Assembly (NCBI GenBank): GCA_964597975.1
Contig: CAZRAA010000003.1
Coordinates: 185 to 64,184 of the forward strand
DNA length: 64,000 nucleotides
Source of the DNA: an uncultured Thermoleophilaceae bacterium
GTDB taxonomy: Bacteria > Actinomycetota > Thermoleophilia > Solirubrobacterales > JACPNS01
Direction of reading: 5' to 3'
The number at the start of each line of letters is the position of its first letter. Position 1 is the stretch's first letter. A program made the position numbers and the translations under genes. This document shows positions 8,431 to 17,057 of the stretch, in pieces. The notes beneath the pieces are model-generated. The model saw nothing but the letters and a program-made list of their open reading frames with translations, was not told where the DNA came from and ran no database searches.

Positions 8431-10344
8431 ATGACAACCCTCAAGCGAATTCTTTGCGTCCTAGGGGCGCTGGCGATGATCGCCGCCGGCGTGGTGGTTT
8501 TCGACGCTGTCCTGCACCACGACCCGCAGGCGCGGACGTACACCAACGGCGATACGGACAAGTCGATGTTCATCCAGCGTGTGGACACTCGGCTAAGCGT
8601 CCACGACGATGGAGCACTCACCGTCTCTGAGGTGATTCAGTTCGATCTCGGCAGCGTCGCTTGGCGCGGGCTCTACCAGGACATCATCTTGGCCAACGGC
8701 GAGAGAGTTCGCGACGTGCGCGTCGCGCGGCTTGACCCCGGCGCGGCTGGCGAGCTTGAGCCTGGCAGCGGAATCGTGCTCGGCGTCGGCGGCGCGTATG
8801 GAACCTACGGATACGGATTGATCAATGACCCGGACCGACGGCTCCGCATCGTCTGGAACGTGCGCGACTCGGGGGTCCACACGTTCCGTGTGCGCTACAC
8901 GCTTGGCGGGGCGGTGAAGAACTACCGCGACGCGTCGTCACTGCTCTGGGACGTGTGGGGTACGGGATGGGAATCCGGCGTGGGCGAACTCAACGTCACC
9001 GTTGTTTTCCCGGGGGTCATCAAGCTCTTCCACCCCAGGGCCGGCGAACTGCAGGCGCGTGTTCGCGACGTTGTTCAGCGGGGTCGCGGAGGGCGCTTCA
9101 CTGTTGTCAACCTCCCGTCTCGTCGCCAGGTTCAAGTGCAGGCCGCCGGCGCGCCGCTGGCGGGCGTCCCCAAACGTGACAAACGGATCCTTCCCGAGCT
9201 GCGTGCGGAACAGGCGGCGATTGACGAAGAGAATGCAGAGCAGGCAGAGCGCAGCGCGCAGCTGCGCCAGAAGTCGTACCTGGAGTGGTTCCTCGAATCG
9301 ATGATCGGAGCAATCATCGCGGCCCTCTCGGTTGCGCTGCTCTGGCTCTGGCTCGGACGCGACACAACCAAACGGATCTCCGCCGGCGGCAGCTACCAGT
9401 ACCCGCCCGAAGCGATCCCGCCGCCAGTGATCGCCAAAGCACTAGGTGGTGCCGAGACGAGGAACCTCGTCTCTTCGACGTTGCTCGGCTTCCTTCAGCG
9501 TGACGTCTTCCGCGTGTTGCCATCGGTTGAGAAGAAGGAAGACGTTTCGATCCGCAATCTTGTGGGACAGACGAGTTTCGATCGCTCAAAAGTCGAGAAC
9601 TACGAAATGCCGATCGCCGAGTTGCTCCAGTCTGCGATCGACAAGCACCCTGAGCACTCGCCCGACTTCGCCAAGCTGAAGAAGTATCTCGACGCGTCGG
9701 TTGCTGAATCGAAGATCTCGGCCTACGAGAAGAACCTCAAGGCAGAGTTCGCAAGCCACGACCTGAAGTCGACCTACCGGGGGCGCGTTCGCCGTTGGTT
9801 CATCGGTGTCTTCGCGCTCCTGGTCTATGTGCTGGGGCTGCTGATTTGCGTGACCGCGAGCGATGGTGGGAATGCCGCGGTGCGCTTTGACTCGATGCAC
9901 TTCGCGCTCTACATGATCGGCTTTGGTCCCGTACTTCTATGGGCGGCGATCGAGGGCAACGCCTTCTACGTGCTCAGGAGCGATCAGGCAGAGAGGGTGC
10001 GGCAATGGGAGACCTACCAGGACTTCTTCCAGAAGATGGATCTCAGCCGCGAATACCCGCTCACAGTCGAGATCTGGGACCAGGCACTGCTCTACGCGGC
10101 CGCCTTCGGATTTGCCAAGAAGGTGATCACGAACATGCCGCGCACCGACGCTCAGGGCAATGCACTGACGAGCACCGACACGGCCGGACTCGGCTGGATG
10201 GCGGGCAACTCTGCTGCGCTTGGCAGCTTTGGCAGCATCAGCTCAGGGATTAGCGGGGTGACCGGAATGGCCAGCTCGTCATCTTCGGGCGGCGGTGGAT
10301 TCAGCGGCGGTGGCTCCGGTGGCGGCGGTGGCGGCGGCTGGTAG
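8431..10344 (+). CDS. DUF2207-like membrane protein with a Gly-rich C-terminus
   Basis: Start trimmed to ATG 8431 because the track ORF start (8398) overlaps the tRNA-Leu. N-terminal TM, large extracytoplasmic domain, central and C-terminal TM helices, ending SSSSGGGGFSGGGSGGGGGGGW as is typical of DUF2207 proteins. Confidence 0.7.
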   Translation: MTTLKRILCVLGALAMIAAGVVVFDAVLHHDPQARTYTNGDTDKSMFIQRVDTRLSVHDDGALTVSEVIQFDLGSVAWRGLYQDIILANGERVRDVRVARLDPGAAGELEPGSGIVLGVGGAYGTYGYGLINDPDRRLRIVWNVRDSGVHTFRVRYTLGGAVKNYRDASSLLWDVWGTGWESGVGELNVTVVFPGVIKLFHPRAGELQARVRDVVQRGRGGRFTVVNLPSRRQVQVQAAGAPLAGVPKRDKRILPELRAEQAAIDEENAEQAERSAQLRQKSYLEWFLESMIGAIIAALSVALLWLWLGRDTTKRISAGGSYQYPPEAIPPPVIAKALGGAETRNLVSSTLLGFLQRDVFRVLPSVEKKEDVSIRNLVGQTSFDRSKVENYEMPIAELLQSAIDKHPEHSPDFAKLKKYLDASVAESKISAYEKNLKAEFASHDLKSTYRGRVRRWFIGVFALLVYVLGLLICVTASDGGNAAVRFDSMHFALYMIGFGPVLLWAAIEGNAFYVLRSDQAERVRQWETYQDFFQKMDLSREYPLTVEIWDQALLYAAAFGFAKKVITNMPRTDAQGNALTSTDTAGLGWMAGNSAALGSFGSISSGISGVTGMASSSSSGGGGFSGGGSGGGGGGGW

Positions 10345-10347
10345 CGG

Positions 10348-10376
10348 TTGACACCGCGGCCGAACGGTGTCATGAT
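10348..10376 (+). promoter_or_regulatory. Candidate sigma-A-type promoter (-35 TTGACA, 17-nt spacer, -10 CATGAT) implying a leaderless or near-leaderless mRNA
   Basis: TTGACA at 10348-10353 and CATGAT at 10371-10376. The predicted TSS around 10383-10386 coincides with the ATGs at 10380 and 10386. No SD is present. Confidence 0.35.
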
Positions 10377-10379
10377 CTG

Positions 10380-11690
10380 ATGACAATGACGCCGATCCCC
10401 CTCACCACCGCAGACAAGCCCGCTATCGCCGCCGATCAGATCGACTACGTCGATCTCTACCAACGTTGGGAGGCCGGCAACTGGTCGGCGATGGAGCTCG
10501 ACTTCAGTCAGGATCTGGTCGACTGGAATGAGAAGTTCGATGACTTCATGCGCAAGGCCGCGCGATGGAACTACTCGCTGTTCTTCTTTGGCGAGGATGA
10601 AGTGGCCGACCAGCTCTCGCCGTTCATCGACGCGGCGCCGCTGGAGGAACAGAAGTACTTCCTCACTACGCAGCAGGTCGACGAGGCGCGGCACGCGATC
10701 TTCTTCTCGCGTTTCTTCAAGGAAGTGATCGGCGTGGCGGGCGACAGTTACGCCGCCAGGTTGAAGGCTGCCGACGGCGACCTCACCTACGGCATAAAGC
10801 GGGTCTTCGGGACGCTCGACGATGTCTCCAACCGCATTCGCCGGGGCGACCACTCGCGCACGACACTCGCGCAGGCGGTGACGCTCTACCACTTCGTCAT
10901 CGAGGGCACGCTTGCGCAGACCGGGCAGCACTTCATCGCCGACTACCTCGAGCGGATGGACGTGCTTCCGGGATTTCGCGCTGGGATGGTCAACGTTGAG
11001 AAGGACGAACAGCGCCACATCGCCTTCGGCGTCAAGCTACTTGCCGATCTGAACCGCCAGGACCCCGAGGTTCGCCTCGCCGTGCGTGAGATTCTCGGCG
11101 AGGTCATGCCATATACGGTCGGAGTCTTCCGCCCACCTGGAGACGATGAGCGCTACGTCGAGGTATTCGGCGAAACCATGATCGGCGTCGCGGTCACTGG
11201 TTCGCGGCAGCTCGAGATGCGACTGACCGCCGCAGGCCTTGAGCCCTACGGCCCCGACGGCGTGCTTCCTTTTCTCGACCCCGAGATCGACCACGCCGAG
11301 CGTGCAGCACGCGCGTTCACCATGCAGCGCGCCGGCTTCTTCAGCGGCGGAACCGAGCCGGTGCGAAACGACGCGGAAGCGCTTGCTTATTACTTCGACC
11401 TGGTGGCGGCATCGGTTTCGCCGGAGAACAAGCTCAAGGGTCCGACGACGATCGCATGGGAATTCTCCGATGCGAGTCCGTGGCACGTGAGGATCGAAAA
11501 TGGCGCGGCGACGGCTGCTCAGGGCGCGGCGCCAGCGGCCGACGTCACGTTCCGCACGGATCTCTCGACCTGGGTCGGAGTCTCAAGTGGCTGGATCAAC
11601 CCCGGTCGAGCGCTGCTTACTCGGAAGCTCAAGCTCAAGGGAAGCCCGATGACGATCGCGAAGCTGCCGACCGTCTTCGACGCAGGCTGA
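10380..11690 (+). CDS. Ferritin-like di-iron carboxylate protein (ribonucleotide reductase R2-like) with a C-terminal SCP2 sterol-carrier-like domain
   Basis: Two E...ExxH-type motifs (EDEVADQ...VDEARHAIFF; VIEGTLAQ...EKDEQRHIAFG). The C-terminus WINPGRALLTRKLKLKGSPMTIAKLPTVF resembles SCP2. Confidence 0.7.
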   Translation: MTMTPIPLTTADKPAIAADQIDYVDLYQRWEAGNWSAMELDFSQDLVDWNEKFDDFMRKAARWNYSLFFFGEDEVADQLSPFIDAAPLEEQKYFLTTQQVDEARHAIFFSRFFKEVIGVAGDSYAARLKAADGDLTYGIKRVFGTLDDVSNRIRRGDHSRTTLAQAVTLYHFVIEGTLAQTGQHFIADYLERMDVLPGFRAGMVNVEKDEQRHIAFGVKLLADLNRQDPEVRLAVREILGEVMPYTVGVFRPPGDDERYVEVFGETMIGVAVTGSRQLEMRLTAAGLEPYGPDGVLPFLDPEIDHAERAARAFTMQRAGFFSGGTEPVRNDAEALAYYFDLVAASVSPENKLKGPTTIAWEFSDASPWHVRIENGAATAAQGAAPAADVTFRTDLSTWVGVSSGWINPGRALLTRKLKLKGSPMTIAKLPTVFDAG

Positions 11691-11757
11691 GCCCGCCGCA
11701 ACACCGGGCGCGGGCGGTGGTTAACGTATTGCGCTGACCGTCTTCCTGCGCTTCGCT

Positions 11758-13206
11758 TTGCCTTACCTCCTCGACAACGACTCCGCGCGGATCCTCCGCA
11801 CTTCGCTGGCAGCACTGCTGGCGCTTGTCTTCCTGCTCCTTGCCCCGGCCACGAGCAGGGCGCTTGACATCCAGTGGGAGGCGGCGCCAATCGCGGTCTC
11901 CCAGCCTGGGGCGATCGCGACTGACGGCGCCGGGCGGATCTATGTCCCACTGCGTGGACAGGGACTTGTGAACATCTACGACAACGCGCGCGGCGGCAAC
12001 AAGCTGCTCGCGAGCATCGGGCAGGGCCAGCTTGTCGACCCGATCTCGGTGGCGATCGATGTGCGCAACTACATCTACGTCGCCGACGCCTCGCGCGGCG
12101 CGGTGATCGCCTACTCGCCCTATTACCTGGGCGCGCCCTACCTGGGCACGAGCGGCAAGCCGGGGCAGGCGCTCGGCCAGTTCGGGGGGCTGAGGCAGAT
12201 CGCAATCGACTTCGAACCGCGGGTTTACGCTGCCGAGGCCGATAACGGTCGCGTGCAGTCTTTGGATGCGGCGCGTGGCGTGCTCACGCCGATGTTCGGC
12301 TTCGGGGTGACAGACCCAGGCGCCTGGGGGCCGGTCAGCGGGCTCGCGCTCGACTCAGCGCAGCGAGCGGTGGTCTCCAGTTCGAGCGCGTCTGATCCGC
12401 TGCGACTCTTCGCCGCCAACGGGACGCTCATTGGAGATGTCGTCGGTGCCGGCAGCGGACCGGGCCAGGTGTCTGCGCCGCAGGCGATGAGTTTTGACTC
12501 CGTCGACCGGTTGCTCGTCGCCGACACAGGAAATGATCGTGTTCAAGTCTTCTCGAGTGTCGCCAACGGCATTTCGCCGCAGGGGGCGTTCGGTTCGTCG
12601 GGCAGCGGCGTTGGCCAGCTCGACCAGCCGGGATCGATCGCTGCTGCACCGGGTGCGCTGCTCTACGTGGCCGATTTCGGTAACAACCGTGTCGTGCGGC
12701 TGCGCTACGACGACGCCGACGGGGATGGCTCGCTTGATGCGGTGGACAACTGCCTGGCGCTTTCGAACGGGTCCCAGGGCGATGTCGACTCTGACCGCAT
12801 CGGCGATGCTTGCGACACCGATATCGACGCCGACGGGATTGCCAATCAGACGGATGCCTGCCCGCTCGTCAAACCGTTCGTGGATCAGAACAAGGACGGT
12901 TGCCAGGACCCGTTTTCGACGCTCAGCCAACTGCTCAAAGGCTGGGGCAAGACCGCGAGCATTCGCATCAGCGGCCGCGCGAGTGGCGGATCGCTCGGCG
13001 TCGCAAGGGTTGAGGTTGCGATTGCTCGGACCGGCACCAAGCCCAGGTATGTGCGTGCCCGCGGCACGAGCAGATGGAGCTATGCGGTGCGCCGCAAGAA
13101 TCTCAAGGCCGGCCGTTACCGGGTGTACGTGCGGGCGGTGCAAAAGCACACCGGGGCGCGGGAGTTGCGCGTCTCGGCGCGGACGAGCTTTCGAATCTCA
13201 CGCTGA
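11758..13206 (+). CDS. Secreted NHL-repeat beta-propeller protein with thrombospondin type-3 Ca-binding repeats and a C-terminal Ig-like domain
   Basis: Signal-like N-terminus. NHL-like repeats (YVADASRGAVIAY, LLVADTGNDRVQVF, LYVADFGNNRVVRL). TSP3 motif DADGDGSLDAVDNC...DVDSDRIGDACDTDIDADGIANQTDACP. Ends ...AGRYRVYVRAV...SFRISR. TTG start. Confidence 0.75.
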   Translation: MPYLLDNDSARILRTSLAALLALVFLLLAPATSRALDIQWEAAPIAVSQPGAIATDGAGRIYVPLRGQGLVNIYDNARGGNKLLASIGQGQLVDPISVAIDVRNYIYVADASRGAVIAYSPYYLGAPYLGTSGKPGQALGQFGGLRQIAIDFEPRVYAAEADNGRVQSLDAARGVLTPMFGFGVTDPGAWGPVSGLALDSAQRAVVSSSSASDPLRLFAANGTLIGDVVGAGSGPGQVSAPQAMSFDSVDRLLVADTGNDRVQVFSSVANGISPQGAFGSSGSGVGQLDQPGSIAAAPGALLYVADFGNNRVVRLRYDDADGDGSLDAVDNCLALSNGSQGDVDSDRIGDACDTDIDADGIANQTDACPLVKPFVDQNKDGCQDPFSTLSQLLKGWGKTASIRISGRASGGSLGVARVEVAIARTGTKPRYVRARGTSRWSYAVRRKNLKAGRYRVYVRAVQKHTGARELRVSARTSFRISR

Positions 13207-13274
13207 GGCTCTGTGAGCGCCGTCACGCAACGGCGCTTGCACCGATATGTATACTCGCCGCGAACTTGCCGCCG

Positions 13275-13445
13275 AGCTTGTCGCATCCCTGATGCGGTGA
13301 GGCGGGGGAACCACTGCCCGGGTGCATCAGACCAGATGTTCGCGGGCCGGGGCGAATCGGCCCAGCACGATTGGAACGTGCACCGGCCGTAGCGCAGCTC
13401 TTTCAGCGCGAGCCCTTCAGCTAACCCCGTAGGCCCGTTCGAAAG
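13275..13445 (+). promoter_or_regulatory. Cyclic-di-AMP riboswitch (ydaO/yuaA class); boundaries approximate
   Basis: The conserved blocks appear in order: GGCGGGGGAACCAC (13301-), CGGGGCGAATCGG (13349-), CAGCTAACCCCGTAGGCC (13418-). It lies in the 5' leader of a cell-wall (RlpA-like) gene. A -10-like TATACT sits at 13250-13255. Confidence 0.65.
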
Positions 13446-13466
13446 AGAAACAAGTCTTCAACACGA

Positions 13467-14153
13467 TTGACAATGCCTGCGCTGCGCGCTGACATCACCG
13501 CTATTCGCATACTTGCGACCGCATTCGCGGCGGGGATCCTCTGCGTGCTCTGCGGCGCCTCGACGGCTGATGCAGACGCTGGCGCCAGCGGCGGCGCAGG
13601 GTTTGTTCAGCAGCCGATTGCCGCGCCGAAGGGTGCGTTCGCGGGTCGTCAAACGACGGTCAACGGTCACATCGACGACTACACCGGCAGCGTCTCGATC
13701 ACTGCGCGCCGCGGCGGCAAGGGCGACTTCCTCCCGCTTGGCACCGCACGGGCCGATGCTCAGGGAGACTTCACCTTCACCTGGAAGCCGGGCAAGTCCG
13801 GCCTCTACAGCCTGCGCCTGACACCGACCGGTAGCGCGGCAACGTCCGTTGCGCCTGCGAGCGCATCGCTTTCGGTCTACCGCCGCCAGAAGGCGACTTG
13901 GTACGGACCCGGCTTCTACGGCACGCGCACGGCGTGCGGTCAGAAGCTCACCAAACGGACCCTTGGCGTTGCGCACAAGACACTTCCCTGTGGCACGAAG
14001 GTCGAGTTCTTCCTCCGCGGCAAGCGCATCACGGTGCCCGTGATCGACCGCGGGCCCTACGCCAATGCCGCGGTCTGGGACCTGACGCTCACCGCGATGC
14101 GCCGCTTGGGCAGCTCAAGCACCGAGTTCGTCGGGGCGCTCCCGCTCGGCTAG
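13467..14153 (+). CDS. Secreted RlpA-like double-psi beta-barrel (DPBB) protein with an N-terminal Ig-like domain
   Basis: Signal peptide. The C-terminal ATWYGPGFYGTRTACGQKLTKRTLGVAHKTLPCGTKVEF...VPVIDRGPYANAAVWDLT is the RlpA/DPBB_1 pattern. Start is TTG 13467 or ATG 13473. Confidence 0.8.
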   Translation: MTMPALRADITAIRILATAFAAGILCVLCGASTADADAGASGGAGFVQQPIAAPKGAFAGRQTTVNGHIDDYTGSVSITARRGGKGDFLPLGTARADAQGDFTFTWKPGKSGLYSLRLTPTGSAATSVAPASASLSVYRRQKATWYGPGFYGTRTACGQKLTKRTLGVAHKTLPCGTKVEFFLRGKRITVPVIDRGPYANAAVWDLTLTAMRRLGSSSTEFVGALPLG

Positions 14154-14250
14154 CTGGGGCATAGTCGGCAAATTGTCCGGCTGACTTTTCGCTACCAGCG
14201 GGTAACCTCTGTTGGTCCCTGAACACCTAGCCCCGGGATCGCGACACCCA

Positions 14251-14877
14251 ATGGCCCCAAAACTTAAGTTTCTGATCGTTGACGATCACCCAGTCCTGCG
14301 CCAAGGCATCTCCACGGTACTGCGTACTCAGTATCCCGATGCCGAGGTGACTGAAGCCGAAAACTACGACTCCGCCGCTCAGCTCGGCGGCGATTTGCGC
14401 CCGGACGCGCTGATCGTCGACCCGAACATTGCCGGCGCCGACGCGACCGCAACGGTCACCCGCCTGCGCCGCGCAGTCGGGTCTCCGATAGTGGTTTTCG
14501 CCGAGAATGGCGACATGCGCGTGCTCGCGCAGTCATTGAAGGCTGGCGCCCGCGCCTGCGTGCGCAAGGATTCTCGCGCGGAAGTCCTCTCACGGGCGAT
14601 CGACGCGGCGCGCGGAGGCGAGTTCTTCATCGACCCGGCGCTGGGAGACGGCGGTGTTGTACACGGCGGCGAAGATGGCGAGCTCACGCTCACTGATCGC
14701 CAGCGTGAGATCCTTCAGATGTACGCCGACGGTGTGCACACGGAGAAGGTCGCCGAGGTGCTTGGTCTTTCGACCGAGACCGTGCGCACGCACACCAAGC
14801 GAATCCTCGCCAAGCTCGGAGCCAACACACGCACGCACGCGGTGGCAATAGCCGTCCGCGCCCAAATCCTCGACTAG
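14251..14877 (+). CDS. LuxR/NarL-family response regulator (orphan; slightly atypical receiver)
   Basis: Receiver KFLIVDDHPVLRQG...ALIVDPNIAG...CVRKDS. C-terminal LuxR HTH LTDRQREILQMYADGVHTEKVAEVLGLSTETVRTHTKRILAKLG. Start trimmed to ATG 14251. Confidence 0.85.
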   Translation: MAPKLKFLIVDDHPVLRQGISTVLRTQYPDAEVTEAENYDSAAQLGGDLRPDALIVDPNIAGADATATVTRLRRAVGSPIVVFAENGDMRVLAQSLKAGARACVRKDSRAEVLSRAIDAARGGEFFIDPALGDGGVVHGGEDGELTLTDRQREILQMYADGVHTEKVAEVLGLSTETVRTHTKRILAKLGANTRTHAVAIAVRAQILD

Positions 14878-14882
14878 CGCCA

Positions 14883-14932
14883 TACGTCAAAGATGCACCT
14901 TTGTCGTACGACAAAGGTGCATCTTTGACGTA
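14883..14932. repeat. Perfect 50-bp palindrome filling the gap between two convergent stop codons; likely a bidirectional terminator and/or protein-binding site
   Basis: TACGTCAAAGATGCACCTTTGTCGTACGACAAAGGTGCATCTTTGACGTA is its own reverse complement. It lies between the stop at 14875-14877 and the glpX stop at 14933-14935. Confidence 0.9.
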
Positions 14933-15940
14933 CTAGCCGTAGCGCTCGCCGGTTATTGCGCGGAGTTTTTCGCGGTTGTGCGTTGCTAGGACGCGGCGGA
15001 CGGTTCCGCTGCGCGAGCGCATGATCAGCGACTCGGTGGTCGCCTTGCGGCGCGGGTAGCGAACGCCCTGGAGCATGTCGCCGTCGGTCACACCCGTGGC
15101 GGCAAAGAAGACGTCTTCGCCCTGCACGAGGTCCTCGTGCGTGAGGATCTTCTCAAGGTCGTAGTTCCCATCGATTGCCTGCTGGCGTTCGTCGTCGTTG
15201 CGCGGCCAGAGGCGTCCGATCAGCTTGCCGCCCATGCAGTGGATGGCCGCTGCGGAGATAACGCCTTCCGGAGTGCCGCCGATCCCCCAGAGCAGGTCGA
15301 CCGGTGATCGCTCAGAGACGGCCATCAGGGCGCCGGAGACGTCGCCGTCGGTGATGAAGCGGATGCGCGCGCCGGCCTTGCGGATCTCGTCGGCCATCGG
15401 CATGTGGCGCTCGCGGTCGAGCATGATCACGAGCACGTCAGAGACTGTCTTGCTCTTTCTCGCCGCCACCAGTTCGAGCGTTTCCGCGATCGGCCTGTCG
15501 AGGTCCAGGAGATCCGCGATCTCGTCGGTACCGGCCATCTTCTCCATGTAGACGCATGGGCCGGGATCGAACATCGTGCCGCGCTCGGAGAGCGCGATCA
15601 CAGAAAGCGCACTCGGAAAACCTTTGGCAGTGAGCGTCGTGCCCTCAAGCGGGTCGACGGCGATGTCGACCTCCGGCGGGGAACCGTCGCCGATCTGCTC
15701 GCCGTTGTAGAGCATCGGCGCTTCATCCTTCTCGCCCTCGCCGATCACGACGACGCCGTTCATCGGGACGGAGTCGAGCACGAAGCGCATTGCGTCGACG
15801 GCGGCTTGATCGGCGGCGATCTTGTCACCGTGTCCGACCCAACGGGCCGCGGCGAGCGCGGCGGCCTCGGTGACGCGGACGAGCTCGAGCGCGAGGTTGC
15901 GGTCGGGGTGGCCTTCTGCTGCGTGAGGCATACCGTTCAT
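14933..15940 (-). CDS. glpX: Fructose-1,6-bisphosphatase class II
   Basis: LALELVRVTEAAALAAARWVGHGDK..ADQAAVDAMR...VVIGEGEKDEAPMLY...DIAVDPLEGTT and the C-terminal GGTPEGV are GlpX hallmarks. Confidence 0.9.
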   Translation of the reverse strand: MNGMPHAAEGHPDRNLALELVRVTEAAALAAARWVGHGDKIAADQAAVDAMRFVLDSVPMNGVVVIGEGEKDEAPMLYNGEQIGDGSPPEVDIAVDPLEGTTLTAKGFPSALSVIALSERGTMFDPGPCVYMEKMAGTDEIADLLDLDRPIAETLELVAARKSKTVSDVLVIMLDRERHMPMADEIRKAGARIRFITDGDVSGALMAVSERSPVDLLWGIGGTPEGVISAAAIHCMGGKLIGRLWPRNDDERQQAIDGNYDLEKILTHEDLVQGEDVFFAATGVTDGDMLQGVRYPRRKATTESLIMRSRSGTVRRVLATHNREKLRAITGERYG

Positions 15941-16002
15941 ACGCGGGCGAACGATAGCGCGGCCCCTGCGCGCCGCTGGTCCAATCGCTTTATGATCGGC
16001 CC

Positions 16003-16395
16003 ATGACTTGGATGATCGTCGCCTTCGACGATGACACGCTGGCTGCGGTGCTCGACGACGCTCGCGTGCGCTCGCTCGATGAAGACCGTGGCTTCGTGCT
16101 CGTTACGCCGCGATCGGACCGTTGGGGCAACGAACGATCCAACGGCAGCGAGTATCTGACCGAACTGGGCGAGCGCGTTAACGCCCTGCGGGACGAAGGC
16201 GTTGAGATCGAACACGAGTGGGTGCCGGGTGAAGATCTCGATTCCGAGATCGTCGAAGTCGGCAGGGCGCACGAGGTGGACGGCGTGGTGATCGCACACC
16301 ACAACCCGGGTGAATCGATCCCGGACCCCGAGGCCTTCGATGACATGATTCGCGAGGCGCTCGGCCTCCCGTTGGACGTAATCTCCCTCGAGTGA
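16003..16395 (+). CDS. Hypothetical protein (weak universal-stress-protein-like C-terminus)
   Basis: 130-aa acidic ORF whose stop overlaps the next gene's start (GTGA), supporting translation. Confidence 0.5.
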   Translation: MTWMIVAFDDDTLAAVLDDARVRSLDEDRGFVLVTPRSDRWGNERSNGSEYLTELGERVNALRDEGVEIEHEWVPGEDLDSEIVEVGRAHEVDGVVIAHHNPGESIPDPEAFDDMIREALGLPLDVISLE

Positions 16396-17057
16396 AACTG
16401 CTTCTCGTCCGTCACGGCGAGAGCGAATGGAATGCCGCCGGCAGACTGCAGGGCCAGGCCGATCCGCCGCTCTCAAAACTCGGCCGCCGTCAGGCGGCGC
16501 ACGTCGCCGCGCGCCTGGTCGACGAAGGCGTAGACGCGATCGTCAGCTCTGACCTTGAGCGCGCCGTCGACACAGCTGCTGCGCTGGCCGGCAGTGTCGG
16601 CCTCGAAGTCGCACGACGCGAGGATCTGCGCGAGGTCGATCTTGGCTCGTGGACCGGGATTTCGCGCACGGAAGTTGAGCGGGACGCGCCCGAGTTGTGG
16701 CGGCGCTGGCGGATCGAAGGAATCGAGGGCTGGGACGGCGGGGAGAAATACGCCGACGCGATGGTCCGCATCAGCGGCGCAATCTCGGCACTGGCGGCCG
16801 AACACGAGGGGCAAACCGTCGTCGCGGTCTCGCACGGCGGGTCGATCCGGTTGGCCACCTGCCACCTGCTAGGCATGCCGGCGACCGAACTTGGGCGGAT
16901 CATGTCCATCGGGAATGCGTCGATCACGGAGTTCTTGGTCGAACCGGACGGAACCGGTCGCTTGGTGCGCCTCAACGACAACGCGCACCTGGTCGAGGAG
17001 ACGGCGGCCGACGACCTTGAGCCGATGGGCACGACCGAGTTTGAAAGCGTGCAGTAG
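16392..17057 (+). CDS. Histidine phosphatase family protein (phosphoglycerate-mutase-like)
   Basis: N-terminal LLLVRHGESEWNAAGRLQGQADPPLSKLGRRQA (RHGE motif) and a later VSHGG motif. Confidence 0.85.
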   Translation: MKLLLVRHGESEWNAAGRLQGQADPPLSKLGRRQAAHVAARLVDEGVDAIVSSDLERAVDTAAALAGSVGLEVARREDLREVDLGSWTGISRTEVERDAPELWRRWRIEGIEGWDGGEKYADAMVRISGAISALAAEHEGQTVVAVSHGGSIRLATCHLLGMPATELGRIMSIGNASITEFLVEPDGTGRLVRLNDNAHLVEETAADDLEPMGTTEFESVQ

